Positions 27,461 to 35,261 of a stretch of DNA of 64,000 nt are shown piece after piece; within the stretch, counting starts at the first letter, position 1, and the number at the start of each line of letters is the position of its first letter. Location: assembly GCA_016218765.1 (NCBI GenBank), contig JACRCZ010000085.1, positions 871 to 64,870 of the forward strand. The letters are read 5' to 3'. The DNA comes from Deltaproteobacteria bacterium. GTDB lineage: Bacteria; Myxococcota_A; Polyangia; DRWM01; JAAZOP01. The translations under genes were made by a program, and so were the position numbers. The notes beneath the pieces were generated by a model. It had not been told where the DNA came from, searched no databases, and worked only from the letters and a program-made list of their open reading frames with translations.

Positions 27461-29044
27461 TCAGGCCGAGTAGAACAGCAGGGTGAAACACGACCCCGCG
27501 CCGACCTCGGAGTCGACGCGGATCTCGCCCTGGTGCTTGTCGACGATGTTGCGGACGATGCTCAGGCCGAGCCCCGTTCCCTCGCCTTCGCGCTTGGTGG
27601 TGAAGAAGGGCTCGAAGATCTGCTCGCGGATCTCCGGCGGGATCCCGCTGCCGGTGTCGCGCACCTCGGCCCGCACGCGGCCGTCGCCGTTGTCGGCGAC
27701 GGTGAGCGTCAGTTTCCGGTCGCGATCGACGCCGGCCATAGCATGGCAGGCGTTGGTGATGAGGTTGATGAACACCTGCTGGAGCTGGCCGCGGATGCCG
27801 TAGACGCGGGGTGCGACGGCGAAGCGGCGTTCCATGGTCACGCCGGCGCCGGCGATGACGTGCTCGCAGAAGGCGGCGGACTGGTCGAGCACGGCACCCA
27901 GGTCGATCTGCTCGGGCTCGTCGCCGGCAGGGCGGGCGAAGCTCATCAGGTCCTGGGTGAAGCGCAGGATCCGCGCGACGGCCTCGCGAATGCGGTTGAT
28001 GAAGCTCACTTCCTGCTGCGCGCGGTGCTCGCGTTCCATGAGGCGCGCGAGGTAGTCGGCGTGGATGGAGACGGAGGTGAGGGGGTTGTTGATCTCGTGG
28101 ACGACGCCGGCGGCGAGCTGGCCGATGGTGGCGAGTTTCTCGGTGTGGATCATCTGCCGCTGCAGGCGGTGGATTTCGGTCATGTCCTGTCCCACCGCGA
28201 CGACCTCGTCGACGCCCTCGCCCTCGACGCCCCCGACGGGGGCGAGGTTGAAGGCGAGGCTGACGAAGCCGGTGCCGCCGGCGCGCGGCAGCCGCAGCTC
28301 GAAGCTGGAGGCCGGCCGGCCGCGGAGGGCGGCGGCGAAGACGGACTTGAACCGCGCCTGCTCGTCCTTCGGCAGGAGCTCGACGAAGTCGCGGCCCGCG
28401 GCCTCGGCGCGCGTGCGCCCGACGAGCCGGGCCAGGCAGCGGTTGATGAGGCGCACGCGGCGCTGGGGGTCGAGGACGAAGATCGGGGCGTCGGCGTGGT
28501 CGAGCAGCTTGTCGACGCGACCGCGGAGGTGGACGACCTCGGCGCACAGCCGGGTACCGCCGAGGACGGCGGCGAGGTGGCCGGCCAGGGCGCGGAGAGC
28601 ATCGCGCACGGCCGGCGACGGGCCGGCGGGGTCGGTCCATTCCACGTTGAGCAGTCCGAGCACGGTGCGGCCGTCGAGCAGGGGGAGGGCGAGGCCCCCG
28701 AGGCCGTCGGCGAAGACGGGGACGTAGGGTTCGGCCCGTTCGAGGCGGGCGGCGGCGAACGCCGTCGCATCGGCCTCGCCGGCCGGGGGCGCCTCCGACC
28801 ACAGCAGGCGCTCCCGCATTTCGGGGCGGAGCCGTCCCGTGGCGTAGACCAGGGAGAGGCGGTGGGCGGCGTCGAGGAGGCGGATCGAGACGAGCAATCC
28901 CGGGAAGGCCTCGCGCAGGACCTCGGCGAAAGCCTGGAGGATCGCGTCTTCGCGCACGTCGTCGTCCCCGCGTCGCGCCAGCCGGCGACAGGCCTCGACG
29001 AGGACGGTCATGGAGGGGTCGCCGGCGGGAGGGGCCTCGTTCAT
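27461..29044 (-). CDS. GAF-PAS sensor histidine kinase (complete HisKA plus HATPase_c)
   Basis: H-box VHEINNPLTSV. N box FINLITNACHAM. G boxes DTGSGIP and GTGLGLSIV. The start overlaps the upstream stop (ATGA). The rest of the 1842-aa track ORF is an artefact. Confidence 0.85.
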   Translation of the reverse strand: MNEAPPAGDPSMTVLVEACRRLARRGDDDVREDAILQAFAEVLREAFPGLLVSIRLLDAAHRLSLVYATGRLRPEMRERLLWSEAPPAGEADATAFAAARLERAEPYVPVFADGLGGLALPLLDGRTVLGLLNVEWTDPAGPSPAVRDALRALAGHLAAVLGGTRLCAEVVHLRGRVDKLLDHADAPIFVLDPQRRVRLINRCLARLVGRTRAEAAGRDFVELLPKDEQARFKSVFAAALRGRPASSFELRLPRAGGTGFVSLAFNLAPVGGVEGEGVDEVVAVGQDMTEIHRLQRQMIHTEKLATIGQLAAGVVHEINNPLTSVSIHADYLARLMEREHRAQQEVSFINRIREAVARILRFTQDLMSFARPAGDEPEQIDLGAVLDQSAAFCEHVIAGAGVTMERRFAVAPRVYGIRGQLQQVFINLITNACHAMAGVDRDRKLTLTVADNGDGRVRAEVRDTGSGIPPEIREQIFEPFFTTKREGEGTGLGLSIVRNIVDKHQGEIRVDSEVGAGSCFTLLFYSA

Positions 29045-31080
29045 TTGCCGTTCCGTTCCTGTCCGCCGGCGGAGCGGTCCAGGTCGAGGATCTGGGCGCC
29101 GCCGACGTAGCGTTTGGTCTCGTAGCGCGAGAGGCTGCCGATCTTCTTCACGAGCTCCGCCATGCGCTCGGTCTCCTGCAGGATGGTTTCGGCGTAGCCG
29201 CGCGCGCGGCCGTCCTCGCCGACGGTCTTGCGCAGCAGCTCGGCGTAGCCCATGACGGAGGTGAGCGGCTGGTTCAGCTCGTGGGCCATCGCGCCGGAGA
29301 TCTCCGAGACGATCGCCTGCTTCTCGCTGAGCAGCAGCTTCTCCTGGACCTGCGCCAGGCGCTCCTCGATGCGCATGCGCTCGCGCAGGTCCGTGAAGAT
29401 CCCGCAGGTCGCCACCTCGCGCTCGCCGTCGTAGATGATGGAGGCCGACACGGCGACCGGGATGTCCTCGCCGTCGCGGCCGCGGAGGCGGACGCGGCTC
29501 TGGATGAGGCGGCCGACACCGCCGTGGTCCGGGCTGCGCAGCCGGGCCATGATGGAGCGGGCGTCCTCGTGCGAGCCGTAGAGGGTGCCGATGTGCATCC
29601 GGCCCACGACCTCGGGCGCCCGCCACCCGGTGATGCGCTCGGCGCCGCGGTTGAACAGGATGATGGTCCCGCGCATGTCGGCGGCGGTGATGCCATCGAC
29701 GGAGGAGTCGACGACGCGCTCGAGGAAGGTCTTGATGCGCTGCAGCTCGGCGGCCATCGCCCGCTCCTCGGTCACGTCGCGGACGGAGAGCAGCGTGGCG
29801 CCGCCGCCGTGCTGCACGGGGCTGGTCGAGACCTGGACGACGCGGGGCGCGGCGCCGGGGCGGGGGAGCGCGAGGTCGAGCTTGGGAAAGCGGTCGGCGG
29901 CGAAGTCCTCGAGCAGCCCGGCGAGGGCCGCGCGGCCGGCATCGTCGAGGGCGTCGGCGAGGCTGCGCGGCGCGCCGGATTCGCCGTGGAGCAGCGCCGC
30001 CGCGCTGGGGTTGGCATAGAGCACGGTGCCGTCGCGGTCGATGACGATCAGTCCGTCCGCCGCGCTCTCGAAGAACTGGGCGTACTTCGACAGCGCGTGG
30101 ACCTCGCGCTCGGCCCGGAGCCGTTCCTCGGCGCTGCCGCGCGCCTGCCGGTCCAGGAGGCGGATGGCGCGGGCGCTGTGGAGCGCGGGGGCACAGGCGG
30201 TGGCGACGGCCTGGCAGCCGGCGACCTGCTCGTCGTCGAGCCGTTCCTGGGCGGCGGTCTTGAGCAGCAGCATGCCGAAGGCCTCGCCGCGCTCGTTGGC
30301 CACTGGGAAGAGATAGTTCGCGGTGGCGCGGGGCGTGCCGAAGAGCCGCCGCGCCAGGGCGAGCCGCGGGTCGGTGGAGACGTCGGCGATGTAGACGGGG
30401 GCGCATCCGAGAAGCGCCTCGCGCACCTCCGGGTAGCGATCCAGGTCGAGCTTGAGGTCGTGGATCGCGGGGTCGTCGCTGGTGGCGACGACCCGGATCT
30501 CGCCGGCGGCCTCGTCGGCCAGCAGGATCGAGGCGCGGGCGACGCGCACGACGTCGGCCAAACGCCGTGCCGCGGTGAAGAGGATGTCGCCGAAGTCGTG
30601 GCGTTCGGCAAGCTCGCGGGTGAGGGCGAGCGTGGAGGCGAGCGCCTCGGCGCGGCGGCGGGCGTCGCCCACGCCGTGGAGGGCTGCGGCCAGGAAGCGC
30701 AGCGACGAGGCGAGGAGCGCGGCCGACGGTCGCGCGGGCAGGAGCAGGCAGCTCGCGTCGGCGACGACGGGGGAGCCGCCGAGCTGGAGCACGTCGCGGG
30801 CGCCCGGCGCGGCCGCGCCGGACGGGTGGTCCGGCGCGCCGGGAGCCGTCGCGGCCGCGGGCAGGCAGAGCCAGCGCTCCAGGCTCGCGCGGGTCGTGCG
30901 GTCCAGCGCGGCGCCGCGCACGAGCGCGACGCCGGCGTCCAGGCGGGCGAGGCCGTTGCGGAAGGCCGACTCCCGCGCCGGGTGTTCGACGTCGGCCCCG
31001 GTCCGGGCGGCGCATCGCGCCAGGCGGCGCTCCAACTCGGCGTCCCGGAGCCAGGCGAGGATCCGCAATCGCACCTCCAC
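29041..31080 (-). CDS. GAF/PAS signalling protein ending in a DHp (HisKA) domain without a catalytic ATPase domain
   Basis: PAS-like segments (ADGLIVIDRDGTVLYAN; VDGITAADMRGTIILFN). H-box AHELNQPLTSVMGYAELL. The protein stops about 60 aa later with no N/G boxes. Confidence 0.8.
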   Translation of the reverse strand: MEVRLRILAWLRDAELERRLARCAARTGADVEHPARESAFRNGLARLDAGVALVRGAALDRTTRASLERWLCLPAAATAPGAPDHPSGAAAPGARDVLQLGGSPVVADASCLLLPARPSAALLASSLRFLAAALHGVGDARRRAEALASTLALTRELAERHDFGDILFTAARRLADVVRVARASILLADEAAGEIRVVATSDDPAIHDLKLDLDRYPEVREALLGCAPVYIADVSTDPRLALARRLFGTPRATANYLFPVANERGEAFGMLLLKTAAQERLDDEQVAGCQAVATACAPALHSARAIRLLDRQARGSAEERLRAEREVHALSKYAQFFESAADGLIVIDRDGTVLYANPSAAALLHGESGAPRSLADALDDAGRAALAGLLEDFAADRFPKLDLALPRPGAAPRVVQVSTSPVQHGGGATLLSVRDVTEERAMAAELQRIKTFLERVVDSSVDGITAADMRGTIILFNRGAERITGWRAPEVVGRMHIGTLYGSHEDARSIMARLRSPDHGGVGRLIQSRVRLRGRDGEDIPVAVSASIIYDGEREVATCGIFTDLRERMRIEERLAQVQEKLLLSEKQAIVSEISGAMAHELNQPLTSVMGYAELLRKTVGEDGRARGYAETILQETERMAELVKKIGSLSRYETKRYVGGAQILDLDRSAGGQERNGK

Positions 31081-31219
31081 CCCCAGCGGCTACGCCGGAC
31101 CGTACCACCGTCCCCCGGGGTCGACAATGGGCGGCTACCAGGCCCGAACTTGACTCGCGCGGATGCAACCAACAACACTGCGGGGGCTCGCGGGGCGGGG
31201 GGCGGAAGGAAGGCGGCGC

Positions 31220-33058
31220 ATGTGCGGTATCGTCGCGTACGTGGGGCCCAAGGAGGCGGCTCCGCTGATCCTGGAGGGTCTGCGGCGGCTGGAGTACCGC
31301 GGGTACGACTCGGCGGGCATCGCGGTGCGCTCGGACGCCGGCGGCGGCACGCTCGCGGTGGTCCGGTGCGAGGGGAAGCTGGCGCGGCTGGAGGAGGCGG
31401 TGCGGCGCGCGCCGCCGTCGGGAACGCGGGGCGTGGGCCACACGCGGTGGGCGACGCACGGCCGGCCGTCGGAGCGCAACGCGCATCCGCCCCAGGTCGG
31501 TCGGGTCGCCGTGGTGCACAACGGCATCATCGAGAACCACCTCGAGGTCCGGAGGCGGCTGGAAGGCCAGGGGCGCACGTTCGCGTCGGAGACGGACACG
31601 GAGATCGCGGCGCACCTGCTGGACGAGGCGCTGGCGGCGGGGGCGTCGCTGGTGGAGGCGATGCGCCGGGCGGTGCGGCAGATCGAGGGTTCCTACGCGC
31701 TGGCCGCGGTGGACGCGCGGACGGGGGACCGGCTGGTGGTGGCCAAGAACGCCTCGCCGCTGATCCTCGGCATCGGGGACGGCGAGATGTTCGCGGCCAG
31801 CGACATTCCCGCGATCCTGCCGTACACCAACCGCGTGATCCCGCTGGAGGAAGGGGAGCTGGCGGAGCTGACGCGGGACGGCGTGCGGATCGAGGACGCG
31901 GCGGGGAGGCCGGTGTCGCGCGCGGTGCGACGGATCGACTGGTCGCCGCTGCAGGCGGAGAAGGGCGGCTTCAAGCACTTCATGCTCAAGGAGATCCACG
32001 AGCAGCCGCGCGCCGTGGAGGACACGCTGCGCGGGCGGATCGTGGCGGACCGCACGGGGGTGTTCCTGGAGGGTGCGGAGCTGGACGACGAGACGGCGCG
32101 CTCGCTCCACCGCGTCGTCCTCGTCGCGTGCGGCACGTCGTTCCACGCCGCGATGTCGGGCCAGCGCTGGCTGGAAGGACTGGCCGGGGTCCCCGCGGTG
32201 GCGGAGCTGGCGAGCGAGTTCCGGGGGCGCGAGCCGATCGTCGGCGAGCACGACCTCGTCGTCGCCGTCTCGCAGTCGGGCGAGACGATCGATACGCTGG
32301 CCGCGGCCAAGCTGGCGCGCGAGCGCGGGGCCCGCATCCTGGCGGTCGCCAACGTGCTGGACTCCGCGATCCCGCGCGCCGCGCACGGCTCGCTGTACAC
32401 CCACGCCGGACCGGAGATCGGCGTGGCGTCCACGAAGTGCTTCGTGGCCCAGCTCGCCGCCCTCGCCCTGCTCGCCCTGCGCCTGGGCAGCGCCCGCGGC
32501 CGTCTCGACGCAGGCGGCCTGGCCGAGCTGACCGCGGCCCTGCTGCGCATCCCCGGCCGCATGCGCGAGGCGATCGCCCGCAATTCGGGCGTGGAAACAC
32601 TCGGCCGCGCCCTCGCCTCCGCCCCCAACTGGCTGTACCTGGGTCGCGGCCGGTCGTACCCCATCGCCCTGGAAGGCGCGCTCAAGCTGAAGGAGATCTC
32701 CTACATCCACGCCGAAGGCTACGCCGCCGGGGAGATGAAACACGGACCCATCGCGCTCATCGATCGCAACGTGCCCGTCGTCGCCGTGGTTCCCCACGAC
32801 GAGCAGTTCGAAAAGATGATGGGGAACGTGCACGAGGTCCACGCCCGGGAAGCCCGGGTCGTCGCGGTCACCGATCGGGAGGATCCCGAGCTGCGCACGC
32901 TCTCCGAGGAGGTGCTGACGGTCGGCGAAACGCTCCCGGCATTCAGCCCGTTCCTCACGGTCCTGCCGCTGCAGCTCCTGGCCTACCACATCGCCGACTT
33001 CAAAGGCACCGACGTCGATCAGCCGCGCAACCTGGCCAAGACGGTCACGGTGGAATAG
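31220..33058 (+). CDS. glmS: glutamine--fructose-6-phosphate aminotransferase
   Basis: N-terminal MCGIVAYVG (Ntn Cys), GHTRWATHG, two SIS domains (VACGTSFHA, ISQSGETIDT), C-terminal RNLAKTVTVE. Confidence 0.95.
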   Translation: MCGIVAYVGPKEAAPLILEGLRRLEYRGYDSAGIAVRSDAGGGTLAVVRCEGKLARLEEAVRRAPPSGTRGVGHTRWATHGRPSERNAHPPQVGRVAVVHNGIIENHLEVRRRLEGQGRTFASETDTEIAAHLLDEALAAGASLVEAMRRAVRQIEGSYALAAVDARTGDRLVVAKNASPLILGIGDGEMFAASDIPAILPYTNRVIPLEEGELAELTRDGVRIEDAAGRPVSRAVRRIDWSPLQAEKGGFKHFMLKEIHEQPRAVEDTLRGRIVADRTGVFLEGAELDDETARSLHRVVLVACGTSFHAAMSGQRWLEGLAGVPAVAELASEFRGREPIVGEHDLVVAVSQSGETIDTLAAAKLARERGARILAVANVLDSAIPRAAHGSLYTHAGPEIGVASTKCFVAQLAALALLALRLGSARGRLDAGGLAELTAALLRIPGRMREAIARNSGVETLGRALASAPNWLYLGRGRSYPIALEGALKLKEISYIHAEGYAAGEMKHGPIALIDRNVPVVAVVPHDEQFEKMMGNVHEVHAREARVVAVTDREDPELRTLSEEVLTVGETLPAFSPFLTVLPLQLLAYHIADFKGTDVDQPRNLAKTVTVE

Positions 33059-33091
33059 CGACAGGCCCGCGTACCGGGCTGCGTGGCGCCC

Positions 33092-33484
33092 CTACGTGCG
33101 GCCGACACAGGTGTCGGGCAGGGGCGGAGGACCTCGACGTGGGAGCGGGGGAGGCACGCCGCGCAGCCGCTCGCGGATGCGGATCCGCTCCCAGGGATCG
33201 GTCCCGATGAACCGGACACCCATCCCCCGCTCCTGCGGATCGGTACGGCGGCGCCAGGACGATACGCGAGAGACCTCGCCGAAGATGGTCCACTCGTCCG
33301 CACCATCGCCGATGCGGAAGGACACGACGACCGGCGTGCCCTGCTCCACCAGGACCCGCGCCGGCAGGAAGCAGCCACGCGGACTCAGGTCCGCCGTTTC
33401 CAGCCTGACCGGCTCGTCCCAGTCCGCGCACACCAGCTCGACGGGAACCCGCACCGCCCTCCGAACCTCGTGCCGTACGTACAT
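33092..33484 (-). CDS. PilZ domain protein
   Basis: Carries RHEVRRAVR and DLSPRGCF PilZ-type motifs. I prefer the start at MYVRHE because an AGGAGG SD lies 8 nt upstream of it. The track start at 33502 would translate that SD. Confidence 0.7.
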   Translation of the reverse strand: MYVRHEVRRAVRVPVELVCADWDEPVRLETADLSPRGCFLPARVLVEQGTPVVVSFRIGDGADEWTIFGEVSRVSSWRRRTDPQERGMGVRFIGTDPWERIRIRERLRGVPPPLPRRGPPPLPDTCVGRT

Positions 33485-33510
33485 CCCGTGGCCCTCCTTC
33501 ATAAGAGCAT

Positions 33511-33540
33511 ATTGTACTACATCTGACTACCACAGGCCAA
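33511..33540 (-). promoter_or_regulatory. candidate promoter of the PilZ gene in an AT-rich spacer
   Basis: Minus strand reads TTGGCC (33540-33535), 18-nt spacer, TACAAT (33516-33511). Local GC is far below the window average. Confidence 0.35.
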
Positions 33541-33564
33541 GAACGTAGTTCGTCGTCTTTAGAC

Positions 33565-33590
33565 ACACGGAACCATTGCTGATTCCGTGT
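33565..33590 (-). terminator. stem-loop downstream of the PTEPAA lipoprotein gene
   Basis: ACACGGAA (33565-33572) and TTCCGTGT (33583-33590) form an 8-bp stem with a 10-nt loop. There is no clear U tract. Confidence 0.25.
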
Positions 33591-33642
33591 CAGGTTGGCG
33601 TTTGTTCGGTTCGGAAAGGGCAGATCGGACTGGGGAGTGGAA

Positions 33643-34191
33643 CTACGGGACGGCAGCGCCGGCGGCGGCCATCGCGGCAGCCGTGAGCGCCTCGGTGATC
33701 TTCGTGCTGAAGCACATCGCCCAGTCGGCTCCACCGGCGCCGCAGGGGGTGTCCTTGCAGGCGTCCATGGCCTTGGTCATGGCGTCGCCGCCGAAGCCCG
33801 GCATGTCCTTCCAGGCGTCGCACGTCATCTTGAAGCCTTCCTTCATGGGGCCGATCATCGCCTCAACCGCCTCGGGCGGAACGCCTTCGCTGGCGCAGGC
33901 GATCATCTTGTCCATGTAGGCCTGGCAGGCGTCGCCGCCGCCGGCCGCGGGCTCGGTCGGAGCAGCCGGCTCGGTCGGAGCAGCCGGCTCGGTCGGGGCC
34001 GCGGGCTCGGTCGGGGCCGCGGGCTCGGTCGGAGCGGCCGGCTCGGTCGGCGTGGTCGCCGGCTCGGTCGGGGCCGCGGGCTCGGTCGGGGTCGCAGGCG
34101 CCGCCGGGGCTTCCTCGGTCTTCTTCTTCTTGCAGGCCGAGATTGCCAACAGTGCCGCCAACGCGATGACCAACAGATGCTTCCAGTTCAT
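33643..34191 (-). CDS. lipoprotein with PTEPAA tandem repeats and Cys-rich C-terminal domain
   Basis: Signal/lipobox MNWKHLLVIALAALLAISAC. About 8 copies of (A)PTEPA(A). The C-terminal domain has 7 Cys. Confidence 0.7.
   Translation of the reverse strand: MNWKHLLVIALAALLAISACKKKKTEEAPAAPATPTEPAAPTEPATTPTEPAAPTEPAAPTEPAAPTEPAAPTEPAAPTEPAAGGGDACQAYMDKMIACASEGVPPEAVEAMIGPMKEGFKMTCDAWKDMPGFGGDAMTKAMDACKDTPCGAGGADWAMCFSTKITEALTAAAMAAAGAAVP
33943..34095. repeat. 18-bp tandem repeat (about 8 units) encoding PTEPAA
   Basis: GGCTCGGTCGGRGCNGCS units read directly, in frame within CDS 33643-34191. Confidence 0.85.
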
Positions 34192-34393
34192 GACCTTTCC
34201 TCCTCCATTCCTTTCCTTGGGGTTCGCACCCCACCCTCGTTCGCGTCTCCGGAACTTGGTCCCACTGCCGGCAAACGCTGGGCGGCATCTAAGCGCGAAG
34301 CGGACCCGTTGTCAACAGGTCCCGGGAGCATCGATGGTGTCTCTGGACACCGGGGGGTCAGGCGAAGAGCGCGGCGGGTGGCCGCTTGGCGGG

Positions 34394-34442
34394 AGTCGGC
34401 AGTCCAGAGTCGACAGTCGAGAGTCCAGAGTCGAGAGTTCAG
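34394..34442 (+). repeat. heptamer tandem array AGTCSAS x7 overlapping the stop codon of the TCY-repeat gene
   Basis: The units are AGTCGGC, AGTCCAG, AGTCGAC, AGTCGAG, AGTCCAG, AGTCGAG and AGTTCAG. It has the same unit and orientation as the array at 18046-18080. Confidence 0.85.
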
Positions 34443-35197
34443 TCGCCGAGCAGACGACCGATCTCCTCGATCGTTTCTTGTGCGCGGCGTCGCAGCGCCG
34501 TCGCCTCGATGGCGGCCGCGACGGGTTTCTCCGACTCGTCGTCCGGTGCGACGCCACGGTAGCAAGTCGGGGGAGGAGGGGGCTCGACGGCGTCGTAGCA
34601 CGTCGGCGCCGGCATCTCGTAGCAGGTGGGAGGAGGAGGAGGAGGGGGAGGAGGGGGCGGGGGTGGGCCCACCGCGTAGCAGGTCGGCGGAGGAGGAGGG
34701 GGCGGCGGAGGAGGGGGCGGTTCGGGCGGCGGCTCGTCGCCGCTGTCGGGATCGGTCCCCTGGATCTCGACCTTGGCGGCGTTCCCGGCGGAGGTGGACA
34801 GCCCGAAGGCGCGGACGAGGCGTGTCCGGTCCTCGCGCAGGGTCTCGCGCGCCCGCTCGGCGACGACGGGCGGGGCTTCGGTCGCCAGGTGTCGCCACGC
34901 CTCGACTCGTGCGGCGGCCCGTTCCAGGAGGCGGCGGGCGCCGTCCAGCCGGTCGGCCTCGGCCTTGGTGGCGGCGGCGTCCGGAGCGGCGGTCCGTGCC
35001 TGGGCCGCGGCCGGAGCGCCGGTTCCGGCGAGCAAACCGACGGTCAGCCAGAAGGCGGCGCGGACCCGTCCCGGCGGCGTGCCCGCGACGGGCGCGGGCG
35101 AGGGTCCGCGGAGGCGGCGTCCGAGTCCCAGGGCGAGCAGGGCCGCAGCGGCGACGATGGCGAGCGCGATCAGGATCCGTTCGACGATGCCGGGCAT
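34439..35197 (-). CDS. hypothetical envelope protein with poly-Pro tracts and four TCY motifs
   Basis: N-terminal TM (ILIALAIVAAAALLALGLG) followed by a signal-peptide-like segment ending AAAQA. The C-terminal region is P12-TCY-AVG-P13-TCY-EMPAP-TCY-DAVE-P5-TCY (Cys173, 192, 200, 212). Confidence 0.6.
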   Translation of the reverse strand: MPGIVERILIALAIVAAAALLALGLGRRLRGPSPAPVAGTPPGRVRAAFWLTVGLLAGTGAPAAAQARTAAPDAAATKAEADRLDGARRLLERAAARVEAWRHLATEAPPVVAERARETLREDRTRLVRAFGLSTSAGNAAKVEIQGTDPDSGDEPPPEPPPPPPPPPPPPTCYAVGPPPPPPPPPPPPPTCYEMPAPTCYDAVEPPPPPTCYRGVAPDDESEKPVAAAIEATALRRRAQETIEEIGRLLGD

Positions 35198-35261
35198 CGT
35201 TGCACCTCTCCCGCGACCGGCATCCTACGGATGGGGTCGGACTTCCGGTCTGGCACGAGGT

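Noticed and set aside
25391-29110. 1239-aa plus-strand ORF
   Set aside because: It is antisense to PilZ, RNase G and the histidine kinase, all with clear motifs on the minus strand. It has a Gly/Ala/Asp/Glu-rich repetitive composition.
31081-31219. glmS ribozyme or leader upstream of glmS
   Set aside because: The spacer shows no resemblance I can recognise to the glmS ribozyme core, and that ribozyme is characteristic of Gram-positive lineages.
27461-32989. 1842-aa minus-strand ORF in the track
   Set aside because: Only the last 527 codons (27461-29044) are a real kinase. Upstream, the frame runs antisense or off-frame through the second sensor gene and glmS, with Arg/Pro/Gly-rich junk composition typical of high-GC read-through.
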